This document shows, piece by piece, positions 51,576-61,820 of a DNA stretch of 64,000 nucleotides; position 1 is the stretch's first letter; each line of letters begins with the position of its first letter. A model generated the notes under the pieces. The model was not told the DNA's origin. It was given only the letters and a program-made list of their open reading frames with translations, and did not search any database. The DNA lies in contig OZ025672.1 in NCBI GenBank assembly GCA_964019335.1, positions 372,001-436,000 of the forward strand, in the 5' to 3' direction. The DNA comes from Diplonema japonicum (lineage: Eukaryota; Protista; Euglenozoa: Diplonemea). A program made the position numbers and the translations under genes.

Positions 51576-52090
51576 TTTCTTATTATAAAAAACGTGAATG
51601 AATATTTTCTTCCAGGTTCTAGTTTCTTTTTTTTCTTTTCCTCTTTTTTTTTTCCTTCTGCTTTTTTTCTTTTTTTTTTTTTTTTTGTTTCTCTTCTTTC
51701 ACCCCTTTGTTTCCTTTGGTGTCTCGTTTCGGGAAACGTATCGTTGTTAAAAAAAGGGGGGGTGCGGGGGGGGGCGAGATCTCGCTGTGGGAAGTGTTAC
51801 GCAGCGAATTGTAATGAACTTTAGAGAACTCTAAAGAATTCAGGTTCAAGGGGGACAAAGAAAACCACAAAAATAAAAGAAACAACAAGCAACCACACGT
51901 ATGAGGAAAGGGGGGATTTAAAAAAAAAAGAAAGAAAAGAACAGGCTTTAACCTACATTCCGCGAATGCATAAATGTACAAGCCTTTAAGAAGAAAATAA
52001 TATGGCGAGTTATTCTTTGTTTGTGCACAACGGACATCCTCATTTTCCACTCTTCTTCATGTTTGTTTGTTTTTTCTAAGTGTACACAGT

Positions 52091-53695
52091 CTACTGCTTG
52101 TTGTCGTGGACCCATTTGAAGAGGTTAAGCTCCTTCTTGGTGAGGAGGCCGTCCTCCCACTGGAGGCCGTCGGCGTTCCTGTTGAAGTAGTTGAGGAGGT
52201 CGTTCATCTTCTTGGACCAGGCGACCTCGCCGTGGGTGGCACGGTACTCCCTGATCTGCTGGTCAATGGGGACGTCGGACTCCTCGAAGCCGAGCATCTT
52301 GGTGAAGTGGTCGTGGGTCCTGCAGAGGGGCGGGGTGCACGCTGCGGGAGTCTCCTTCGGGGCCATGGTGGCGTTGAAGGGCCCGTGCTGGTTCTGCACG
52401 ATCCATGTGTCGTCGATGACATGCCCGTAGTTGTCCTCACGGAAGTCGGTGGGGTCCGTCTGCACCTGCTGCCAGTGGATGTGCGATGCGTTGTACACGT
52501 TCAACCTGGTGTACCCGAAGCTGTTCGAACGGAACGCGCTCCACTTCGGCTGCGGTTCCAAGAACGGCGTGTGCATCTCCTTGCTCCCGGCTGCTCCCGT
52601 CACCACGTAGATCGTCGCCTTCGGGTTCAGGTTCGACTGGTCCGTCTTGTCCTTGTACGTAGGCCACGACCTCTCGTAGTTGTGCGTGTGCCCGTTCATC
52701 GAGATGTCGACACCGTACTCGAAGAAGATCTCCTCCAGCGACTCCCTCACCTCCCTGTCGGGCGCCGTCGAAGAGTACAGCGGACGGTGGTCGTTGATGA
52801 GGATCCACGGGTAGTTCGCACGGTTCGTGTTCGCCTCCTTCAGGTCAGCCACCAGCCACTTCAGGAAGGCCTCCTTGTTCACCTCCTTCGTGTGCACTCC
52901 GTGCCACATCTCAGACGAGAACGAGATGTAGTGCACCAGCCCGAAGTTCCACGAGAAGTACATCGTGTTGACCGTCTCCCCGTTCTCTGTTGTGATGGTG
53001 GGGGGCACCGCGTTCGACGGCTGGTTCCTCCACGACTCGATGTAGTGCGCGAGGTTCTTCGCGTCGTCCTCGTGGTTCCCGTGCGACACCATGTACGGCA
53101 CCCTAGCAGCGATCTGTTCGATGTTCTCGAAGAAGTGGTCCCCCGTGGTGCCGTCCTTGTCCGCCATGTCGTACGCGAAGTCTCCGCAGTGCAGGATCAT
53201 GTCTGCCTCCTCCACCTCGCTCACAAGGCCCACAGTCGTGTTTGACGCGCACGTCTTTGCGTCACACACCTCCGACCCCTCCGTGCACCCCTTGCAGATG
53301 GTGAAGGCCGCCGACGACCCCATGTCCCCGTAGAGGATATGCCTGTACGGGGACCTGTTCTGCCTCCTGTTTGCAACCTTGAACACGTCGCTGAACCCGC
53401 TCACCTGATCCCCCACCTTGTAGTAGTAGGTCTGCCCCAGGGCCAGCCCGCTCATGTTTGCGGTCCTCGTGTACCACGTCCTCCCCTTGTCCACCTTGAA
53501 CTCCCTCACGTCCCCGTAGTTGTGCGACGTCAGCGCAGACGCGCTCGTCCCGTACATCACCTCCGACTTTGCGCCGTTCCCCGTCGACGCCCACTGCACC
53601 ACGAGGGTGTGCTCGTCCTTCCCCAGCGCAATGTGTACCTGACCTCCCATCGCCAGGCTGCTTGCCATCAGCAGCACACCAACTACACGCATCAT
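52091..53695 (-). CDS. Secreted purple acid phosphatase (ACP7/PAP-like metallophosphoesterase)
   Basis: Signal peptide MMRVVGVLLMASSLAMG; motifs YGDMG, HCGDFAY, GNHE and GHTHNYER. Confidence 0.92.
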   Translation of the reverse strand: MMRVVGVLLMASSLAMGGQVHIALGKDEHTLVVQWASTGNGAKSEVMYGTSASALTSHNYGDVREFKVDKGRTWYTRTANMSGLALGQTYYYKVGDQVSGFSDVFKVANRRQNRSPYRHILYGDMGSSAAFTICKGCTEGSEVCDAKTCASNTTVGLVSEVEEADMILHCGDFAYDMADKDGTTGDHFFENIEQIAARVPYMVSHGNHEDDAKNLAHYIESWRNQPSNAVPPTITTENGETVNTMYFSWNFGLVHYISFSSEMWHGVHTKEVNKEAFLKWLVADLKEANTNRANYPWILINDHRPLYSSTAPDREVRESLEEIFFEYGVDISMNGHTHNYERSWPTYKDKTDQSNLNPKATIYVVTGAAGSKEMHTPFLEPQPKWSAFRSNSFGYTRLNVYNASHIHWQQVQTDPTDFREDNYGHVIDDTWIVQNQHGPFNATMAPKETPAACTPPLCRTHDHFTKMLGFEESDVPIDQQIREYRATHGEVAWSKKMNDLLNYFNRNADGLQWEDGLLTKKELNLFKWVHDNKQ

Positions 53696-53992
53696 GTTGT
53701 TATTCCTGATTAAAAGTACACATTTGGCGTGGCATAAGGTGGGTAAAGGGTAAAAGATAGTTCGGAGTGAAAGAGCTCGCAAACAACGTCTACAGGTGCG
53801 CTGCACTTGTGACGCAAAGGATGAGAAAATAGAGAGGTGAGGGTTAAGATAGATTGGAAGAGAGGCCGCCGTATGCAGAGAGAGAATTTGTCTTCTCTGA
53901 CGACGTGTGCGTAAGTTGGTTTGTTTCTTTTCATGGTTGCACATATTATTCTTCTTTCGTTTACTTAAGCATTTAGTAGTACTCACGAATAT

Positions 53993-54610
53993 TTACTTCA
54001 AAAGCTTCTTCTGGAACTTGCCAAGGGCAAGGGCGCTGTCGGAGATGAAGGAGCTGATGATCTTCTCAGGGATGTTCCCCTTGGGGTCCATCCCACCGAT
54101 GGACCAGATGGCGATCTTGTCCCCGTCCAGCTTCTGCAGGACGATGCCTTCAATGAAGATATCTGCGAGAACATTATCCTTCTTCACCTGCTTCGCCCCA
54201 GGGACTGAACGCATTGCGTAGACGAAGGTCTTGTCGTCTGCGAAGGCAAGTGACCTGTGCACTGTGGCCTCCCTGTCCGACAGGGGCCAAGGGAGACCGT
54301 CCACCCTGTACACCACAGCACAGTCCTCACCCTCCTTCTCCAGCACCTTCATCGTCAAGTCACCCCCCATCATCTTCATCATCTTGGCATCGGTTGTGAT
54401 GGACTTCACCATCCCCACCGCCTTATCCCAGTCACCCTTCATCGTCCCCATCACCCTGTACACCCCCCACTCGGATCCAGGCCACTCACGGCGTTCCATT
54501 ACAACTTTTGGCTCCACCAGCTCGCTCACCTTCACTGAGCACACCTTCTTGTAAGTCCCATCCGTCATCTCTTTTAGGAGGGCTGACCTGATCTCTTCGT
54601 GGTGCGACAT
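53993..54610 (-). CDS. Stand-alone START/SRPBCC-domain protein, array copy 1
   Basis: LPWPLSDRE, SVPGAK, GMDPKGNIPE START-like motifs. Confidence 0.8.
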   Translation of the reverse strand: MSHHEEIRSALLKEMTDGTYKKVCSVKVSELVEPKVVMERREWPGSEWGVYRVMGTMKGDWDKAVGMVKSITTDAKMMKMMGGDLTMKVLEKEGEDCAVVYRVDGLPWPLSDREATVHRSLAFADDKTFVYAMRSVPGAKQVKKDNVLADIFIEGIVLQKLDGDKIAIWSIGGMDPKGNIPEKIISSFISDSALALGKFQKKLLK

Positions 54611-55105
54611 TTTACTTTTTGAGAAGTTAGGAGAGTGAGCAACCTGTATGGGCTATGTTTTCCCTTACTCCATAAAAAATACACTTCTTTTTTTTTGCAA
54701 GTAAAGGGTACAGGTGCGCTGCACTTGTGACTGCGAAAAGAGGGAGAAAGGTATGTGCACAGTAGCACAAAAAGGAAAAGAGAGGGAGAAGGAGGGACAA
54801 AAGAAGAAAAGAATGCCTCCTGTGTTTCGAGAGAAAAAAGACATGCCAGAAAACGACAAAGTGGGGAGAGAATAAAGTTGGGGATGTTCCGTCTTTTCGA
54901 GAAAAAAAGAGGTAACATAGTTTTCTTCTCCATCACAGTGCGCAGGTGGCATAAAAAAAAAAAAAAAGTCGGCAGGCTATCTGCGCAAACCGGGAAACGG
55001 CCCCTCCGGGTAGGGGGAAAAAAAAAGGGGGACGAAAACAAAGATTCTCTTTTTTTTTTTATCATGAAATAGATTACCTAGGGTATGGATTGAAGCAAAA
55101 AAAGA

Positions 55106-55720
55106 TTACTTGAGAAGCTTCTTCTGGAACTTGCCAAGGTTGTAAGCAATGTCGGAGACGAGACTGCCTACAAGCTTCTCAGGGATGTTCCCCTTGGGGT
55201 CCATCCCACCGATGGACCACATGTTGAACTTGCCTCCGTCCAGCTTCTGCAGAATGAGGCCGCTGATGAAAGTTTCGCCGAGTACGTTGTTCTTGTCCAT
55301 CTGCTTCGACCCAGGGACGGAACGCGAGGAGTAGACGAAGGTCTTGTCGTCCACGAATTCTGCGGACAGGTAGAGAATGGTCTCCCTGTTTGACAGGGGC
55401 CACGGGAGGTCTTCCACTCTGTATTGAATGACGCCCCCTTCCTCCTTCTCCAGTACCTTGACTGTCTTTACGTTGAACATCACATTCATCGCTTTCACGT
55501 CGTTTACCATAGCCTTCACCATCCCCACCGCCTTGTCCCAGTCACCCTTCATCACTCCCATAGCCCTGTACACACCCCACACATTTCCAGGCCAGTCGCG
55601 GCGTTCAATTACAACCTTCGGCTCCACCAGCTCGCTCACCTTCACTGACGAGAGTTTCTTGTAAGTCCCGTCTGTCGTCTCCTTCAGGAGGGCTGACCTG
55701 ATCTCTTCAAAGCAAGACAT
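55106..55720 (-). CDS. Stand-alone START-domain protein, array copy 2
   Basis: Paralog; start MSCFEEIRSALL. Confidence 0.8.
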   Translation of the reverse strand: MSCFEEIRSALLKETTDGTYKKLSSVKVSELVEPKVVIERRDWPGNVWGVYRAMGVMKGDWDKAVGMVKAMVNDVKAMNVMFNVKTVKVLEKEEGGVIQYRVEDLPWPLSNRETILYLSAEFVDDKTFVYSSRSVPGSKQMDKNNVLGETFISGLILQKLDGGKFNMWSIGGMDPKGNIPEKLVGSLVSDIAYNLGKFQKKLLK

Positions 55721-56213
55721 TTCTTGTTCTTGGTGTTTTCTGTTCTTTTCTAAAAACGGTGGAGGGTAATGGATAACCTGACGGGTGGTGGGGTTAGCAT
55801 AGTGGATCAACAGTGCAAGAAAAATAATAAGGGACTAAAAAGAAAAGAAGATGTAGACAAGAGATAGCAACGGATGTCACGAACACCAAGCTGAAAGGAA
55901 ATTGAGAAGTAAGACATGAGTGCCCACACCATAGAGACTGTCGTCTTCCCTGGTCGGGGTGGCTTGCTCACCTTTGGGTTAGGCTGGAGTTCATTCAATT
56001 AATATTAAGGCTTTCCGGCAATGAATAAGAAGTGGCCTTGTTAGGACCTTAGTACCTTCGGCCAGTTAGAGGAATAAAAAAAAGAAAAGAGAAACGAAGT
56101 ACGCCAGCGGCAGAAAGAGAATTCGTCGTTCCTGCCCAGTGCTGTTTGCGTGTTTTCTGAAAATGGAAAAATACGTGGCTTTAATTTTCTTTCATTGCTT
56201 CCAATTTATTTGC

Positions 56214-56326
56214 TCATTTCAAAAGCTTCTTCTGGAAGTTGCCAAGGGCAAGGGCGAGAACATTATCCTTCTTCACCTGCTTCGCCCCAGGGACTGAACG
56301 CATTGCGTAGACGAAGGTCTTGTCGT
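56214..56326 (-). pseudogene. Truncated, internally deleted START paralog fragment
   Basis: Matches the 3' end of copies 1/3 with a ~130-nt deletion joined at a GCG microhomology; no 5' part. Confidence 0.8.
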
Positions 56327-56883
56327 TTGTTGAACGATTTGTGGGCACTTTTGGGGTGGTTAGAGTCTTTTTAAGGGCCTAAAATGCCCTAAGCGGAAAA
56401 ATTGAAAAATGGCAAAAAAATGACCCCCTTATGACCCCCCCCCTACCCCCCGGTACCATAAGGGTTAAACTATGCGACAGAATTAACAAAAATAAAGCAA
56501 TAGGAAGGACCCCACGAAGAACATCAGGGGAAGAACAAAAGCTGGGGATGCGCGTGAAGAACAAATCACGGACACCAAACAGCTAGCTAAAAGGAAAGAA
56601 AATGAGAAGTAAAACGAGAGGAACACCCAGCAGAGAGACTGTCGTCTTCCCTGTATAGGGTGATGTAGGCTGGAGCTCTTTATCATAATAGTATGGCTCT
56701 CCAACTTTAAATAATAAGTGGCCAGACTAAGTAGTCCTTCAGTTAGTCAGTTAGAAGAAATAAAAAGGGAAAAGAGAACGAAGTACGCCAGCGGCAGAAA
56801 GAGGGTTCGTCGTTCCTGCCCAGTGCTGTTTGCGTGTTCTAATATAGAATGGTGTGGCTGTTGTCTTCTGATTTTTCTTTAGT

Positions 56884-57501
56884 TCACTTCAAGAGCTTCT
56901 TCTGGAACTTGCCAAGGGCAAGGGCGCTGTCGGAGATGAAGGAGCTGATGATCTTCTCAGGGATGTTCCCCTTGGGGTCCATCCCACCGATGGACCAGAT
57001 GGCGATCTTGTCCCCGTCCAGCTTCTGCAGGACGATGCCTTCAATGAAGATATCTGCGAGAACATTATCCTTCTTCACCTGCTTCGCCCCAGGGACTGAA
57101 CGCATTGCGTAGACGAAGGTCTTGTCGTCTGCGAAGGCAAATGACCTGTGCACTGTGGCCTCCCTGTCTGACATGGGCCAGGGGAAGCTGTCCACCCTGT
57201 ACACCACAGCACAGTCCTCACCCTCCTTCTCCAGCACCTTCATCGTCAAGTCACCCCCTATTATCTTCATCATCTTGGCATCGGTTGTGATGGACTTCAC
57301 CATCCCCACCGCCTTGTCCCAGTCACCCTTCATCGTCCCCATCACCCTGTACACCCCCCACTCGGATCCAGGCCACTCACGGCGTTCAACAAATACCATC
57401 GACTCCACCAGCTCGCTCACCTTCACTGAGCACACCTTCTTGTAATACCCATCCGTCATCTCCTTCAGGAGGGCTGACCTGATCTCTTCGTGGTGCGACA
57501 T
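56884..57501 (-). CDS. Stand-alone START-domain protein, array copy 3 (near-identical to copy 1)
   Basis: Paralog. Confidence 0.8.
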   Translation of the reverse strand: MSHHEEIRSALLKEMTDGYYKKVCSVKVSELVESMVFVERREWPGSEWGVYRVMGTMKGDWDKAVGMVKSITTDAKMMKIIGGDLTMKVLEKEGEDCAVVYRVDSFPWPMSDREATVHRSFAFADDKTFVYAMRSVPGAKQVKKDNVLADIFIEGIVLQKLDGDKIAIWSIGGMDPKGNIPEKIISSFISDSALALGKFQKKLLK

Positions 57502-57922
57502 TTTACTTTTGGGAGGGTGAAGGCAACAACCTGTACGGGTTAGGTTTTCAATAAAATCGCAAAAAGAGCAATAAAATCAGTCACCTGAATAGAGAGGAAT
57601 CCCGCACGATGTGCGAGGGAAGAACGGAGGCTCAGAGTCTGCACGGACACATGATCCATGCGATTTCGAGAGTGCAAAATCCCACAACACGCCTAAAGGA
57701 GATGGTGCCATACCGTGGCGGTCTTCCTCGAGTAGTGAGCGGGTGCTGCATTGTGCTAGGTGCATGTCTATGAGGACAGCAGTTTGCGTAGTTAGAATGA
57801 TTTGTTTTTGGATGAAGAGAGGCTTCGGGATGAAACTTTTATCTTCTTCACTCCGGTTTCGCATGCGCGAACAAAGTTAGGGTAACCCGCAATCAAAGCT
57901 TTTGGGTCTTTGTTGTTGCTTC

Positions 57923-58537
57923 CTACTTACGAAGCTTCTTCTGGAACTTCCCAAGAGCATAGGCCACATCGGAAACAAGGTTGTTCACAAGCATTTCAGG
58001 GATGTTCCCCTTGGGGTCCATCCCACCGATGGACCAGATGGCGATCTTGTCCCCGTCCAGCTTCTGCAGGATGAGGCCGTCGATGAAGACCTCTGCGAAC
58101 ACGTTGTCCTTGTTCACTGGCTTCTTCCCGGGGATGGATCTTGTGGCGTACACGAAGGTCTTGTCGTCCACGAAGCCAGCCGAGGCGTGGGTGATGGCCT
58201 CCCTGTCCGACAGGGGCCACGGGAGGTCGTTCACCCTGTACTGGATCACTCCTTCCCCTTCGTCTTCAAGTGCCTTCACGGACTTCACTGGGTACATCAG
58301 TTTGTTGATCTTCAGCTCGCTCGGCATCGTCTTCACCATCTCCACCGCCTTGTCCCAGTCACCCTTCATCGTCCCTGTCACCCTGTACACACCCCACACA
58401 GATCCAGGCCAGTCGCGGCGTTCGATTACAACCTTCGGCTCCACCAGCTCGCTCACCTTCACTGACGAGTGTTTCTTGTAAGTCCCGTCTGTCGTCTCCT
58501 TCAGGAGGGCTGACCTGATCTCTGCGTGGTGCGACAT
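57923..58537 (-). CDS. Stand-alone START-domain protein, array copy 4
   Basis: Paralog; start MSHHAEIRSALL. Confidence 0.8.
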   Translation of the reverse strand: MSHHAEIRSALLKETTDGTYKKHSSVKVSELVEPKVVIERRDWPGSVWGVYRVTGTMKGDWDKAVEMVKTMPSELKINKLMYPVKSVKALEDEGEGVIQYRVNDLPWPLSDREAITHASAGFVDDKTFVYATRSIPGKKPVNKDNVFAEVFIDGLILQKLDGDKIAIWSIGGMDPKGNIPEMLVNNLVSDVAYALGKFQKKLRK

Positions 58538-59050
58538 TTCTTTTAGAAGTTGGGGGAGTGGCAAAGATTAACCTTTGAATGAAACGTAGGTGTCATCGTC
58601 ATGAGATATAGAAGAATAAAGGGAGTAAGCGTATTGCCTGAGTCCAGACCAGGAACCGCCGTGACTAAATCGAAAAAAAAGCAAACCGAAGCTATCATGT
58701 GAAGGTGAGTGCTAAAAACTCTCAGCCGTCTACCTTGCACAGCTTCAATGTGGGTAAGACCATCACAATGATGGAGGAAAGGAAAGATAAGACAGGGAAA
58801 CAAGTCTCCACCGTGCTGCAAGAATGGAAAGGAAAGAATGAGTCTTTGTGAGGGCGCCATCCAGAAAAAAAGAGGGTCGTCTCCTACATGTCGAGATGAA
58901 GGGATTACTCTTTTTCGTTTCTGTTAAGGCAGTGGGATAGAAATCAAGATGCGAGAGATGCGGAGGAAAAAAGAGGAAGACAGGCTGCAGTTGTGTCAAA
59001 AACAACGCAAAGGAAGCAAGTAGGCGATGTGAAGCATTCGTTGGCTGTGA

Positions 59051-59668
59051 TTATTTCTTGAGAAGGTGCTTCTGGAACTTCCCGAGTGCAAGGGCGTGGT
59101 CAGAGATGAAGCCGCTCATGATCATCTCGGGGATGTTCCCCTTAGGGTCGATGCCTTTAACTGAGCAGAGTGAGATCTTGTCGCCGTCAAGCTTCTTGAG
59201 AACCAAGCCCAAGATGAAGATCTCACAAAGGACATTGTCCTTGTTCACTTGCTTGGCACCAGGTACGGAGCGGACGGCGTAGACGAAGGTCTTGTCGTCT
59301 ACGAGTTCGGTGGACACGTGTCCCAAGCCCTCCCTGTCCGACAGGGGCCACGGGATGGATTCCACCCTGTAGTTGATGATACCGTCCTCCTCTTTCTCCA
59401 CCGTCTTCATGGACTTCACAGGAGACATCAGCTTGCTAATCTTTATATCGTCAACCATGGCCTTCACCATCCCCACCGCCTTGTCCCAGTCACCTTTCAT
59501 CACCCCTGTTGCCCTGTACACACCCCACACAGATCCAGGCCAGTCGCGGCGTTCAATTACAACCTTCGGCTCCACCAGCTCGCTCACCTTCACTGACGAG
59601 TGTTTCTTGTAAGTCCCGTCTGTCGTCTCCTTCAGGAGGGCTGACCTGATCTCTGCGTGGTGCGACAT
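59051..59668 (-). CDS. Stand-alone START-domain protein, array copy 5
   Basis: Paralog. Confidence 0.8.
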   Translation of the reverse strand: MSHHAEIRSALLKETTDGTYKKHSSVKVSELVEPKVVIERRDWPGSVWGVYRATGVMKGDWDKAVGMVKAMVDDIKISKLMSPVKSMKTVEKEEDGIINYRVESIPWPLSDREGLGHVSTELVDDKTFVYAVRSVPGAKQVNKDNVLCEIFILGLVLKKLDGDKISLCSVKGIDPKGNIPEMIMSGFISDHALALGKFQKHLLKK

Positions 59669-59970
59669 TTTTAAAGAGAAGGTTGGTGGGGTACGATTGA
59701 CCTGTCAAAAGGTTAGACAAGAAAGGGGCGTAAGATAAAAAGAATAAAATGAACATTAGGTGTAACTGAAGAAGCAAAAAGAAAAACGGCGATGTTTAAA
59801 GGCAAATCCCACTTGAGGACCACCCTTGGAAAAGAGAAACGGGAAAAAGATAAAATGTTGCGCATAAGCGCAAAAGGAACGAAGAGCTAGATTGGAATGC
59901 ATGAAGCAAACTACAGGCAACAGCCGTAATGACAGGATCTAATATCTCTGTTTTCTATTGTTTGCCTCTT

Positions 59971-60579
59971 TTATGCGATGAGCCGTCTCTGGAACTTTCC
60001 AAGGACAAGGGCGCTGTCGGAGATGAAAGCATTTACGAGCATCTCAGGGATGTTCCCGAGATCCATCCCACCGATGGACCAGATGGCGATCTTGTCCTCG
60101 TCCAGCTTCTGCAGGATGAGGCCGTCGATGAAGACCTCTGTGAACACGTTGTCCTTGTTCACCTGCTTCGCCCCAGGGACTGAATGCATTGCGTAGACGA
60201 AGGTCCTGTCGTCCGTGAAGGCAAGTGACCTGTGCACAATAGACTCCCTGTTTGACATGGGCCAAGGGGTTTTGTGAACCGTATAGACTACATCGCCATC
60301 GCTCTCCTCCTCCAGGACCTTCATCGTCACATCACCCATCATCTTCGTCATCTCAGAATCAGCTACAATCGACTTCACCATTTCAACTGCTTTACCCCAG
60401 TCACCCTTCATCGTCCCCGTCACCCTGTACACCCCCCACTCGGATCCAGGCCAGTCGCGGCGTTCCATTACTACCATCGGCTCCACCAGCTCGCTCACCT
60501 TCACTGACGAGAGTTTCTTGTAAGTCCCGTCTGTCGTCTCCTTCAGGAGGGCTGACCTGACTGCTTCATACTGCGACAT
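59971..60579 (-). CDS. Stand-alone START-domain protein, array copy 6
   Basis: Paralog. Confidence 0.8.
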   Translation of the reverse strand: MSQYEAVRSALLKETTDGTYKKLSSVKVSELVEPMVVMERRDWPGSEWGVYRVTGTMKGDWGKAVEMVKSIVADSEMTKMMGDVTMKVLEEESDGDVVYTVHKTPWPMSNRESIVHRSLAFTDDRTFVYAMHSVPGAKQVNKDNVFTEVFIDGLILQKLDEDKIAIWSIGGMDLGNIPEMLVNAFISDSALVLGKFQRRLIA

Positions 60580-60786
60580 TGCAAGAACACCTGTAGAGTG
60601 GCATCAACCGTTGAAGGGCGAAGGAGCGAGGGGTGTGCACTGAATAGAAATCAACATACAAGACAGTACAGGTTTATAAGGGGCGGGTTATAAAAGAGGA
60701 AACGGTGTGTGCGGTTTTGAAATATATAAAAACCGCACATGTTGCCAACATCCCCGCTGTTGGCGAAGACTGGTGCTTCGCATCGT

Positions 60787-61686
60787 TTAAGACTTTTTGT
60801 CGGTTGTGGTGTAGTAGAGCTCGTCGAGGGCAGCGTGTTCTTTGATGGTCGCGATTTCAGCTTGGAGACGGGCGATTTCGGATTCTTTGCGTTGGGTTTC
60901 GAGTTTTTTCTCGAGGGCGGTGCGTTGCTGCCACTGGGCTCGACGGGTACGGACTTGGTCGATGGCACGCTCTCGCTGCCGGCGCAGGGCAAGGAGCTCC
61001 TCGTTCGCAGCAAGCTTGGCAGTTGCATCGTTCCAGACTGGGCGGGCACGGAAGAAGAGAGCGTCGAGAAAGTTAGGGTGATCCTGTGCAAACCGGGTCC
61101 ATTCTTCAAAATCGAGATGTCCGTCACGAACCCGATCCGCCTTTCTGAACAAAGAGGGCATCGTGCCTTCGCTCACCTTGATCCCAAGCAGCTTCATTGC
61201 CATTTTCAAGTCAGACAACAGTACGTATCCCTTGCTCCCAATGTCCAAATCCCCAAACACGCTCCTCAACTTGCTCGCCCTACTAGGTGGGTTGTCCGAA
61301 TCTCTGTCCACCCTCATCCCCCGCTTCCTCCTCGCCTCACCGTACGCAGCGCACCATGTCACCACCGCCTTTGCTTTTGGGATCTTCCCTTGCATGTCGC
61401 TATGCCATGTGTTCTCAGGTTGAAACGCGTACAGCTGGCAGTCCTGTGTCAACTGAGCGGTGCTATACAAATCAACCCATTTTGACAGAATACAGTCGTA
61501 TATCTTAATAACATGCACCTTGAATGGCACGTCGAGGTACCCCTCAGGCCGCGTCGACCGCACTGCCACATCGAAATGACACTCGATGTGATTCACAAGC
61601 TCCAGATAGCTCGGTGTGCTGTTCAGGCGGAGCTTCACATTGTGCTTCTTGCCATACAAATCGGAAGCTACGTTGCAGGTGTACAT
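60787..61686 (-). CDS. BILBO1-like protein, second paralog
   Basis: VASDLYGKKHNVKL...IKIYD...KWVDLYSTAQLTQDCQLYAFQPENTWH; EF-hand-like DRVRDGHLDFEE; coiled coil. Confidence 0.87.
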   Translation of the reverse strand: MYTCNVASDLYGKKHNVKLRLNSTPSYLELVNHIECHFDVAVRSTRPEGYLDVPFKVHVIKIYDCILSKWVDLYSTAQLTQDCQLYAFQPENTWHSDMQGKIPKAKAVVTWCAAYGEARRKRGMRVDRDSDNPPSRASKLRSVFGDLDIGSKGYVLLSDLKMAMKLLGIKVSEGTMPSLFRKADRVRDGHLDFEEWTRFAQDHPNFLDALFFRARPVWNDATAKLAANEELLALRRQRERAIDQVRTRRAQWQQRTALEKKLETQRKESEIARLQAEIATIKEHAALDELYYTTTDKKS

Positions 61687-61731
61687 CCTGATGTGAAAGG
61701 TAGGAAATCAACAATTAAGAAGAAGAACACG

Positions 61732-61789
<58 letters not shown>

Positions 61790-61820
61790 TTATTTCATGC
61801 CTTCGGAAGAAGGATTATGA

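Noticed and set aside
52067-53245. Long plus-strand ORFs antisense to real genes (e.g. the 392-aa ORF opposite the phosphatase)
   Set aside because: Shadow ORFs produced by G/C-ending codon bias on the minus strand
56370-56468. piggyBac-like end (AGGGTTAA) next to the START pseudogene fragment
   Set aside because: No matching TTAACCCT left end found
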